A stretch of DNA of 64,000 bases, taken from positions 82,216 to 146,215 of the forward strand of contig JBJHCT010000001.1 of assembly GCA_050486185.1 (NCBI GenBank). The letters are read 5' to 3'. Positions 56,686 to 64,000 of this stretch are shown here, piece by piece (position 1 is the first letter of the stretch; each line of letters begins with the position of its first letter). This DNA is from Candidatus Saccharimonadota bacterium (GTDB lineage Bacteria > Patescibacteriota > Saccharimonadia > QS-5-54-17). The notes beneath the pieces were generated by a model, which searched no databases, was not told the DNA's origin, and saw only the letters and a program-made list of their open reading frames with translations. Made by a program: the position numbers and the translations under genes.

Positions 56686-58176
56686 CTAACCTCTATATAT
56701 CGAGTGACTTCTAATCCAACCATGCACATCTCGCGTGATGCTGTTATCCTCATTATCACCTTCCGGGCTGTCTTTATCAACTATAGGTAGTTCAAAGCCG
56801 AATGTAGAGCCTTTGCCCTCCTTGCTCTCTACCCAGATGCGGCCACCATGAGCCTCAACGATGGCTCTAGACATATATAGGCCTAAGCCCGTACCTCGGT
56901 GGGAGCTGCGAGTGCGGTGGGAGCGATAGAATTTGGTGAAAAGTTTGGCCATGGCATTTTCTGGTATACCTACCCCCTCATCGATAACTTCGGTGATGAC
57001 ACTTTTATCACCCTTACGAACTATTACTTTAATAGTCTTGTCTCTTTCGGAGTATTTAATAGCGTTATCGACTAAGTTAGTGATAACTTCAGTGATACTA
57101 ACCCTATCGACCGATACTTTCGGCAAACTATCGGGTATATTGACTATCAGCTTTTTACCTTGAGTTTTAGCTTTCTTATCAAGATCACTACAGGCCATCA
57201 ACATAATCTCTTTCCAGTTAGCCGTTTGCTTATTGAGACTCAACTCACCATGCTCAATGTTTGAGACATGCAATATATTATTAATCGATCCAGCTAGCTG
57301 AGAGGCCGATATATCGAGTCTTTTAATGAACTCACGGTGCTCTGGATCTAGCTGTTCGCCGACTTCTTGTTCTAATATCTCGATGTAGCCACGGATAATA
57401 GTGACTGGAGTGCGCAGTTCATGGGCGGCTAGAGCTACGAAGTCTACCTTCATATCCTCCACCTGCTGTTCTTGGGTTCGGTTATGGAAAGTTACTAGCA
57501 TTCGCACACCATTTAAATCGGCTCCGACATATGAGGCCTCAACATCAAAAACCATCTCTCCTTCTGGACCCTGGAAACTAACTCCCTCCCAGGAATTCTC
57601 ACGCATATCACTGCCCTTTGACTCATCAAACCACTGATTAAGTATTAGTTGCTTATGTTGAGTTAAGGGCAGTACTTCATTGACGTGTTTACCGGCTACT
57701 TCCTCGATTCGTAGTCCCGTTATGGCCGATGCTGCTTTGTTAAATAGAATAATGCGCTTGTCTTTATCTAGCGCTATCACCCCATCTTTAATGGAGTTTA
57801 AGATCATTCTTAAGCGATTGGCTTCTGAGACTATGACTTCGGTTTCAGCTTGGGTGCGGGTTACAAACTCTTGGAGCTTACCGATAATTGAGTTGAGTGA
57901 TTTAGCAATACTACCAAAGATACCCGGCATATCCTCCCTAGCTCTAATAGTGAGAGTGCCGCTAGCTACATTATTAATATTCTCAGCTAAATCTCCTAGA
58001 GGTTTGCTGATATATCTTTTCAAACCCCAAGCAAAGATAACACTTAAGACTAAAATCAGCCCTAGTAACATCCAATCGAAACTAAAACCTAGATAAAGTA
58101 CCAAGACAGCTAGTAAACCTATAGGTACTACCTGCACTAGAATAACTAAAATTAATAGTTTGCTTCGCCAGCTCAT
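56686..58176 (-). CDS. Membrane sensor histidine kinase (transmembrane, HAMP, PAS, HisKA, HATPase_c)
   Basis: H-box LAAHELRTPVTII. LVDNAIKYS...GTGLGLYMSRAIVEAHGG. Confidence 0.85.
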   Translation of the reverse strand: MSWRSKLLILVILVQVVPIGLLAVLVLYLGFSFDWMLLGLILVLSVIFAWGLKRYISKPLGDLAENINNVASGTLTIRAREDMPGIFGSIAKSLNSIIGKLQEFVTRTQAETEVIVSEANRLRMILNSIKDGVIALDKDKRIILFNKAASAITGLRIEEVAGKHVNEVLPLTQHKQLILNQWFDESKGSDMRENSWEGVSFQGPEGEMVFDVEASYVGADLNGVRMLVTFHNRTQEQQVEDMKVDFVALAAHELRTPVTIIRGYIEILEQEVGEQLDPEHREFIKRLDISASQLAGSINNILHVSNIEHGELSLNKQTANWKEIMLMACSDLDKKAKTQGKKLIVNIPDSLPKVSVDRVSITEVITNLVDNAIKYSERDKTIKVIVRKGDKSVITEVIDEGVGIPENAMAKLFTKFYRSHRTRSSHRGTGLGLYMSRAIVEAHGGRIWVESKEGKGSTFGFELPIVDKDSPEGDNEDNSITRDVHGWIRSHSIYRG

Positions 58177-59237
58177 TGATACTCAAAAGTCCTTCCCGAT
58201 GGTAGCGCGGCCAACCAAGTATCACCCTTGGCTAGCTCGACTTCCTTGCCGCTACTATCTAGTAGTTCAATTCGGTTGCTGTAGCTAGTTTGCCTCCAGG
58301 TAATGCTCTGTCTGCGGCCGTCCTTGAACAAGGTGGCATTACCAGAGCCAATAGTATTGAGCACTACATACTGACCATTTTGACTGGAGGTCATGTTCAA
58401 GACTATTACATTATCTACTCTTATAGCCTTTCCAGTTTCTCTATCTATATGCGGACTACCTGCCATATAGCGTATGTAGTTGTTGTTGTCTGGATCGTAT
58501 CTAAACTCTGCTTGGTATAGTGAGCTGGAGTAATTGATGGTGATGCGAGAAGCTTGCGGACTCTCAGCCGGGTTCGGTTCACTCCGTGGTATCTCTTTGA
58601 AACTGCTACGGTTGTAGCCTAAACTGACGGCTAGGTTACGTAAATCTGTCACAGAAGAGTACATGTTGTGTGGTGCGAAGCGGTCACTAGCACGGTAGTA
58701 CGGAGCGCTATAGGTAAATTGATTCAAAGTCTTGGCGTTTCTGGCCGGCAGTAGATTTAGAGCTTGAGCGCTACCACCTACGTGGGCGATGGCAGCATCA
58801 AAACCCATAAACCAATCAACATAGTAGGGTCTAAGACTTCTAATAGGTCCAACTTTTGAGGGGCTACGGTCTTGAAAGAGCGCTATAAAGCGAGTAATAC
58901 CGCCCTCTGCTACAGTTTCAAATACTACACCGGCGCTATCTAGTCCTGATTGTGGTCTAGCATCCGGTGAGTTTTCGATCATCACAGCAATGACTGGCCG
59001 TCTAGCCACGCTAGGATCAACCTCTACACCAGTAAGTGGTGCCGGTTCGGTTATAGCTAGCTCACCAGTTACGCTGGTATCTCTACTCAACCTATCAACT
59101 CCATGAGCGGAATCTAGCTGCAGCACCCAGATACTGGCTCCAACAACTAATATGGCTGAAACTGCTGAGATTGGTTTCCAGTGTTTTACTATCCAGTCTT
59201 TGAAGTTGTAGAGGGTGTCTAGGATATTTTTAAGCAT
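58173..59237 (-). CDS. DUF3048 (YerB-like) secreted/membrane-anchored protein
   Basis: N-terminal transmembrane helix. PVIAVMIENSPDARPQSGLDSAGVVFETVAEGGITRFIALFQ resembles the DUF3048 core. 4-nt overlap with the upstream histidine kinase gene. Confidence 0.5.
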   Translation of the reverse strand: MLKNILDTLYNFKDWIVKHWKPISAVSAILVVGASIWVLQLDSAHGVDRLSRDTSVTGELAITEPAPLTGVEVDPSVARRPVIAVMIENSPDARPQSGLDSAGVVFETVAEGGITRFIALFQDRSPSKVGPIRSLRPYYVDWFMGFDAAIAHVGGSAQALNLLPARNAKTLNQFTYSAPYYRASDRFAPHNMYSSVTDLRNLAVSLGYNRSSFKEIPRSEPNPAESPQASRITINYSSSLYQAEFRYDPDNNNYIRYMAGSPHIDRETGKAIRVDNVIVLNMTSSQNGQYVVLNTIGSGNATLFKDGRRQSITWRQTSYSNRIELLDSSGKEVELAKGDTWLAALPSGRTFEYQ

Positions 59238-59282
59238 AAAGGTATTCTCTCAATATTTATTGTTTTAATCTAGGCTAAAACT

Positions 59283-60302
59283 TTACAAACTACCAGCTAT
59301 TCTCACTATCTCCTCTGGGTCTAGCTCACCCTCTGCCTCGATTTCATAAAGCACCCCGCCGTTAACCCAAACTGCATGTCGATCGTCATACGTGTAGATA
59401 GTCAGGCCTTTGTCTCGGTAAGTCACAAAGGTACTGGTGCGTAGTTTGACATATTCTTCTAGTAGGCTATTTGAGTCCCAGCGAGTACTGCTTTGCGATA
59501 GCGATATACGTTTATCATCTCCGCCCTGGAAGTTAACTACTAGTTGCCCTGGGCTATAGGCTATAGGGCCGCTGAAACTATAACCTGATGGTAGATACCC
59601 AGGCATACTAGCATTTATGCTGGCTCTAGAAGCTGCTACGCGCAATGCCATGTTGGGATAGTTCAGATAGGTTACGTAACCAACTAGCAACACCATACTG
59701 GCCGTTATAGCGGCTAATCTCATGAAATTAGCACTAAATGGATTGGCTAATTTAAGCTTTGGCATCCTAATCTTAGCTATAGCTGACTTCTTCTGGTCCT
59801 CATCATCTAGATTTACTTCCGCCAACTGCTCACTGGCTGCTTCTATGGGTTTTTTGGGCACTTTGTGCTTGTGTCTTGGCTGCATTTTGGAAACTTGCGC
59901 CTCAGGTGGCGCTTCTTTGATAGTATTTTCGGCTGCTTTAACTAGATCAGGGTGTTCAACAGCTAGATTCAAGGCATCTTTTGCTACTGAGTGGTTGAGA
60001 TTGGCTTGAGGTTTAGCCTTTGGGCTGTAGTTACCGACCTGCTTAACCTTGCTGTATTGGCTTTGACTTAGGTCTAGTACGTTGCTTAAGGTAGGAGATT
60101 GTCTCAGCCAAGCATCGGCTTCTTTAGTTTGGGTGGCGGTATTTTCTTGAGGTGGTTGGTAGTTACCGATCTTGCGAGCATCAACAGTATTTTCAGTCTC
60201 AAAGCTACCTAGCCTATCGGCTGCTTGCTCAGAGCAATTAGCGCAAAAGTCTCGTCCATGTATAGTTTTAAAGTCTGATTTTTGGCACTTAGCACATTTC
60301 AT
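59283..60302 (-). CDS. Zinc-ribbon + single-transmembrane protein of unknown function
   Basis: N-terminal CxxC...CxxC (MKCAKCQKSDFKTIHGRDFCANC) and a central transmembrane helix. Confidence 0.45.
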   Translation of the reverse strand: MKCAKCQKSDFKTIHGRDFCANCSEQAADRLGSFETENTVDARKIGNYQPPQENTATQTKEADAWLRQSPTLSNVLDLSQSQYSKVKQVGNYSPKAKPQANLNHSVAKDALNLAVEHPDLVKAAENTIKEAPPEAQVSKMQPRHKHKVPKKPIEAASEQLAEVNLDDEDQKKSAIAKIRMPKLKLANPFSANFMRLAAITASMVLLVGYVTYLNYPNMALRVAASRASINASMPGYLPSGYSFSGPIAYSPGQLVVNFQGGDDKRISLSQSSTRWDSNSLLEEYVKLRTSTFVTYRDKGLTIYTYDDRHAVWVNGGVLYEIEAEGELDPEEIVRIAGSL

Positions 60303-60450
60303 TTTTTGATTAACCTTGCCTCTCCCGAGGTTAATTTATGTTTCGGAACTTAGCTATATAATAAACGCTTAAGCCTTGGCTGGCAATGGATGTTTACAAT
60401 ATTGTAGTTATTCTACCAAAGGCAACCTTCTTTGCTGTATATTATCTACT

Positions 60451-61839
60451 ATGTCAGATGATAAAATCCGCACTCGTTACGCCCCTAGTCCAACTGGACT
60501 GCAACACCCGGGCGGTGTACGCACTGCCCTATTTGCCTGGGCTTTTGCTAGAAGTTCTAGTGGTGATTTCATCTTACGCATTGAAGATACCGATAAAGAA
60601 CGTGAAGTAGAAGAAGCTGAAGAATATATATATGAGTCTTTGAAATGGTTAGGGGCAGATTGGGATGAGGGTCCAGATGTTGGGGGTAGCTATGGTCCAT
60701 ATAGACAGTCTGAGCGCCTGGATATATATCAAAAGTACGCTCAAGAGTTGATCGATAAGGGTCTAGCATACGCTGATCCATACACCAAGGAAGAAGTTGA
60801 TGGTTTCAGAAAAGAGGCTCAAAACTCTAAGCAGGCCTTTTTATTCCGGAATTTTAGACCCGATAATCCACCGAAATGGCAGCCTGGTATGCCCTTGCGG
60901 TTTAAGGTAGGAGAACTTAAAAGCTATACCTGGGAGGATATAACTAGAGGCAAAAGTAGTGCTGGTCCTGAGTCTTTGGATGATTTTGTAATACTCAAGA
61001 GTGATGGCTATCCTACTTATAACTTTGCTAACGTCATAGATGATCATTTGATGGAGATTACTCATGTACTGCGCGGTGAAGAGTACATCTCCTCTATACC
61101 TAAATATCTATCGCTATATGAAGCATTCTCCTGGCAGCCACCTATCAATGTGACTATGCCACTGGTCTTAGGTAAAGATGGTGGTAAAAAGCTGTCCAAA
61201 AGAGATGGATCGCTACCGATGCTTGAATATAAAGATCTAGGTTATCTACCAGCTGCAGTTATCAACTTCCTAGTTACTCTAGGCTGGAATGATGGCACTG
61301 AGCAGGAGATATTTAGTGTCGATGAGCTGTTAGAAAAGTTTGATATTAACAGGCTACAAAAAGCCCCAGCTAGGTTTGATATAGAAAGACTAAATTATCT
61401 CAATGGCGTGCATATTAGGCAGATGAGCATCGAGGAGCTGTATACACTGACTGCTGAGTATTGGCCAGAGCCTGCTAATAAATATGATGATGAGTATAGA
61501 ATCAACGTACTTAAACTGATCCATGAGAGGCTGAAGTATTTAAGTGAAATACCAGAACTAACCAGCTTCTTTTTTGAAACACCAAAAGTAGCTGATCTAA
61601 GTGATGAGGAAAAATCTTGGATTAAACAAGCAGCTGAAAAACTAGAAGGTTGTAGCTTTGAGTTGGATTGCTTGGAGGGTAAATTGCGAGGTTTAGCCGA
61701 TAGTCTAGAAGTAGGTCACGGTAAATTGTTTATGGCTATGCGCCAAGCAGTAACCGGTAGTAAAGTCTCCCCTGGGTTATTTGAAACTATGAATGTTTTG
61801 GGTAAAGAAGAGGTTTTAAAGAGACTAGCTAAGTACTAA
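60451..61839 (+). CDS. gltX: Glutamate--tRNA ligase
   Basis: IRTRYAPSPTGLQHPGGVRTALFAWAFAR (HIGH region) and KLSKR (KMSKS). Start placed at the internal ATG at 60451 (MSDDKIRTRY); the ORF track's 60376 start adds an unlikely leader. Confidence 0.9.
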   Translation: MSDDKIRTRYAPSPTGLQHPGGVRTALFAWAFARSSSGDFILRIEDTDKEREVEEAEEYIYESLKWLGADWDEGPDVGGSYGPYRQSERLDIYQKYAQELIDKGLAYADPYTKEEVDGFRKEAQNSKQAFLFRNFRPDNPPKWQPGMPLRFKVGELKSYTWEDITRGKSSAGPESLDDFVILKSDGYPTYNFANVIDDHLMEITHVLRGEEYISSIPKYLSLYEAFSWQPPINVTMPLVLGKDGGKKLSKRDGSLPMLEYKDLGYLPAAVINFLVTLGWNDGTEQEIFSVDELLEKFDINRLQKAPARFDIERLNYLNGVHIRQMSIEELYTLTAEYWPEPANKYDDEYRINVLKLIHERLKYLSEIPELTSFFFETPKVADLSDEEKSWIKQAAEKLEGCSFELDCLEGKLRGLADSLEVGHGKLFMAMRQAVTGSKVSPGLFETMNVLGKEEVLKRLAKY

Positions 61840-61882
61840 ACAAAATCTAAATTTAAGTAGATAAATTACTACTTATCACTTA

Positions 61883-62701
61883 TTACTTACTTTTACTACC
61901 CCTATAAATCCTATATATAAACAATGGTATAGCTAACTGCCTACTAATACGAGATGGCTGCAAGAACAATCTCCATAGCCACTCTAAACCGATTCTTTGC
62001 ATCCACTCAGGAGCCTTGCGCATAGCTCCACCGAAAATGTCATAATCAAATGTACCACCCTCACCTATCAATATTCCGTGATCTAACTGCTTTACTAGTC
62101 TCGTGGCTAGTAGCTCTTGTCTGGGAAAGCCGATGCCGATTAATACTATGTCAGGCTTTAGTCTCTTTAGATCATCTAGCAGCTGCCTTTCTAGTTCATT
62201 AGAGAACACTCCACTACTATCTTTACCTGCGCAAGTACCGACTATGTTGATGTTTGCTATACCCTCTTTAATTACTTTAGCTGTGTAGTTAATGTCTTTA
62301 TGTATTGGTGAGCCGACTAGATAAATACTTCTATTTTTTCTAGCGGCCTCTTCTAGTAGTGGCCAGGTGAAGTTGGTACCAGCAAACTTTTCTGGTAATA
62401 CACTACTTATTTTCCTAGGATTAACTACAATCTCAGCTAAAGTCTTAAGCAGTTGATACAAACTACCGCTTGTAGTTTGAAAATATGCTGCCCACTGCAG
62501 AGCTACTCCGTCTGGTAGATTCAGCCAAGCGTTATTTAATACATCTTGAATCTCCTGATCTATCTTGCGGAAAAACTCCACGTAAGGTTTGGCTATATAT
62601 TTAGCTCCTTGCTGGTTAGAATTAGTAACAATCATCTTGATAGCTTCATCTATAGTTAAGCTATCGATATTAATGCCTAAGATATTAACTTTTTGATTCA
62701 T
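61883..62701 (-). CDS. WecB/TagA/CpsF-family glycosyltransferase (ManNAc transferase-like)
   Basis: ILGINIDSLTIDEAI...IYLVGSP...VLIGIGFPRQE match the TagA/WecG family. Confidence 0.75.
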   Translation of the reverse strand: MNQKVNILGINIDSLTIDEAIKMIVTNSNQQGAKYIAKPYVEFFRKIDQEIQDVLNNAWLNLPDGVALQWAAYFQTTSGSLYQLLKTLAEIVVNPRKISSVLPEKFAGTNFTWPLLEEAARKNRSIYLVGSPIHKDINYTAKVIKEGIANINIVGTCAGKDSSGVFSNELERQLLDDLKRLKPDIVLIGIGFPRQELLATRLVKQLDHGILIGEGGTFDYDIFGGAMRKAPEWMQRIGLEWLWRLFLQPSRISRQLAIPLFIYRIYRGSKSK

Positions 62702-63798
62702 ACTTCCCCGTACTCTTGATTAACCAATTCTTTAATAGCTTGCCTGAAGCTAGTAGTACTAAACTCACCGGCCCTGGTGTGCAATTTATCTATGCTCCAG
62801 TCGATTGCTCCTGCTTCTTCAACAGCCTGGTTAATAGCCTCAGGAGTTTGTTCATTAAAGAATATCCCGGTCTGCTTATCTATCACTGTCTCAGTTGCCC
62901 CACCTTTCTTGTAAGCTATAACAGGCGTGCCGGCTGCCATGGCATCGATTGGGGCGATACCGAAATCTTCTATATTGGGAAATATTAAACCCTTAGCGGA
63001 AGATAATAATCTATCTCTTTCTGCTTCTTCAACAAACCCACAGAACTCTATATTGTCTTTAGCTAAAGCTTCTAATCTAGCTCTATCTGGACCATCACCG
63101 ATAACCTTGAGCTTCCTACCTGAGTGGTTGAAAGCTTCGATAGCTAGATCGATCTTTTTGTATGGGGTCAACATTCCTAAAGTTACGTAATAATCAGCCT
63201 TTTTCGTTGCTTGTATTAGTTTTGATTTAGTTGGCGGATTAATAACTACTGAGTCTCGCTGGTAGTATTTACTTATGCGGCCTCTAACGGTTTCAGAGTT
63301 AGCTATGAACGCATCCACCCTTTTAACTCCTCTAAGATCCCACTTGCGCAAGCACCAGACCATAGCTCTAACTGCAGTTCGTTGCAGCAACCCTATATTC
63401 TGTTCATCTAGATACTGTGGCCAATAGTCCCAGGCAAAACGCATCGGTGAGTGACAGTAACAGATGTGTAAGACGCTTTTAGGCGGATAGATGTTCTTGA
63501 TAAAAGCACACGATGAGGATATAACGATGTCGTACTTTCTAAAGCTCCACAGTCTAATTGCTAGTGGTATTAGTGGTAGTAGGTAACGACTACGCTCTTT
63601 CAAGAATCTAGGAGCGTATTGTAAGAACGAAGTGTGTATGCGTTGCCTGGGATAGTTAAAGTTATCTGCGTTATAGATCATGGTGTAGATTGGAGCACTT
63701 GGATAGATTTGCGCTAATTCATCTAGTACCTGTTCTGCTCCACCAGCTTTTTGGTTGAGCCAATCATGCACAATAGCTATTTTGATACCTTCATTCAT
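62698..63798 (-). CDS. GT4-family glycosyltransferase
   Basis: C-terminal EDFGIAPIDAMAAGTPVIAYKKGGATETV (E-x7-E-type GT-B motif). 4-nt overlap with the downstream TagA-like gene. Confidence 0.75.
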   Translation of the reverse strand: MNEGIKIAIVHDWLNQKAGGAEQVLDELAQIYPSAPIYTMIYNADNFNYPRQRIHTSFLQYAPRFLKERSRYLLPLIPLAIRLWSFRKYDIVISSSCAFIKNIYPPKSVLHICYCHSPMRFAWDYWPQYLDEQNIGLLQRTAVRAMVWCLRKWDLRGVKRVDAFIANSETVRGRISKYYQRDSVVINPPTKSKLIQATKKADYYVTLGMLTPYKKIDLAIEAFNHSGRKLKVIGDGPDRARLEALAKDNIEFCGFVEEAERDRLLSSAKGLIFPNIEDFGIAPIDAMAAGTPVIAYKKGGATETVIDKQTGIFFNEQTPEAINQAVEEAGAIDWSIDKLHTRAGEFSTTSFRQAIKELVNQEYGEV

Positions 63799-63861
63799 AT
63801 TAGTTATTAGGATACAGGATTATCAATCTTTAGTCTTGTTGAGTACTACTTTCTAGCTATC

Positions 63862-64000
63862 TTAAGAAGAGCTATTCAACAAGCTCTTTTGGTACTCTCT
63901 GAGACTACTTAAAGCTACAGCTGCACCTCTAGCCACACACAGCTCCGGCTCTTTAGCGATAGTGACAGGCACACCGATAACTTTGCTAAACAACCTATCG
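63862..64000 (-). CDS. mreB: 3' fragment of the rod-shape actin homologue MreB (runs off the window)
   Basis: Minus-strand translation ...GVPVTIAKEPELCVARGAAVAL... matches the MreB C-terminus (IPVxVAEDPLTCVARG). Confidence 0.55.
   Translation of the reverse strand, partial: DRLFSKVIGVPVTIAKEPELCVARGAAVALSSLREYQKSLLNSSS

Noticed and set aside
60376-60450. N-terminal extension of gltX (MAGNGCLQYCSYSTKGNLLCCILST)
   Set aside because: The Cys-rich low-complexity leader is absent from GluRS proteins. The conserved N-terminus begins at the internal Met (MSDDKIRTRYAPSPTG), so the 60376 start is likely spurious.

Overview
The window is a low-GC (about 42-45%), very gene-dense bacterial chromosome segment with mostly housekeeping genes. 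Frequent TTG/GTG starts, A-rich leaders, many receiver-only two-component proteins and a minimal cell-wall/division cluster suggest a reduced genome, possibly CPR/Patescibacteria such as Saccharibacteria; that assignment is speculative. Core content, in order: an FtsX 3' fragment with a PcsB-like CHAP hydrolase, CtpA-like protease, pyrG, rpmA, a THUMP RNA methyltransferase, xseA-xseB, recO, glyQS, a PspC/LiaF-like pair, a reduced dcw cluster (mraZ-rsmH-ftsL-ftsI-mraY-ftsW-murG-ftsQ-like), topA, a Ca-type P-type ATPase, dprA, pth, der, a pseudouridine synthase, tRNA-Glu(CUC), gltX, WecB/TagA and GT4 glycosyltransferases, and an mreB 3' fragment. There are three histidine kinases and four stand-alone receiver proteins. 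Things worth a second look: (1) a four-gene minus-strand module at 29.4-35.1 kb with a sigma-70 region-4 + double HARE-HTH regulator, an unknown 156-aa protein, a membrane-anchored HerA/VirB4-like P-loop ATPase, and a glycine-rich fibre-like protein whose N-terminal repeat recurs in a 97-aa protein at 18.6 kb; (2) a phage-tail-fibre-N-motif + FGE/C-type-lectin-fold protein inside the dcw cluster with the architecture of DGR variable proteins, but no reverse transcriptase in the window; (3) three GC-rich islands with GC-rich third codon positions (4.69-4.96, 39.59-39.96, 42.78-43.33 kb), one translationally coupled to an orphan 609-aa protein and one flanked by a roughly 73-nt imperfect inverted repeat; (4) a near-consensus sigma-70 promoter and a strong intrinsic terminator bracketing a roughly 280-nt uncharacterised ncRNA candidate in the dprA-pth spacer; (5) GTGGG-N5-GTGGG MraZ-type boxes upstream of mraZ; (6) a DUF2779-like PD-(D/E)XK nuclease and a Fic protein next to the tRNA. 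No CRISPR array, transposase, integrase or rRNA was seen.
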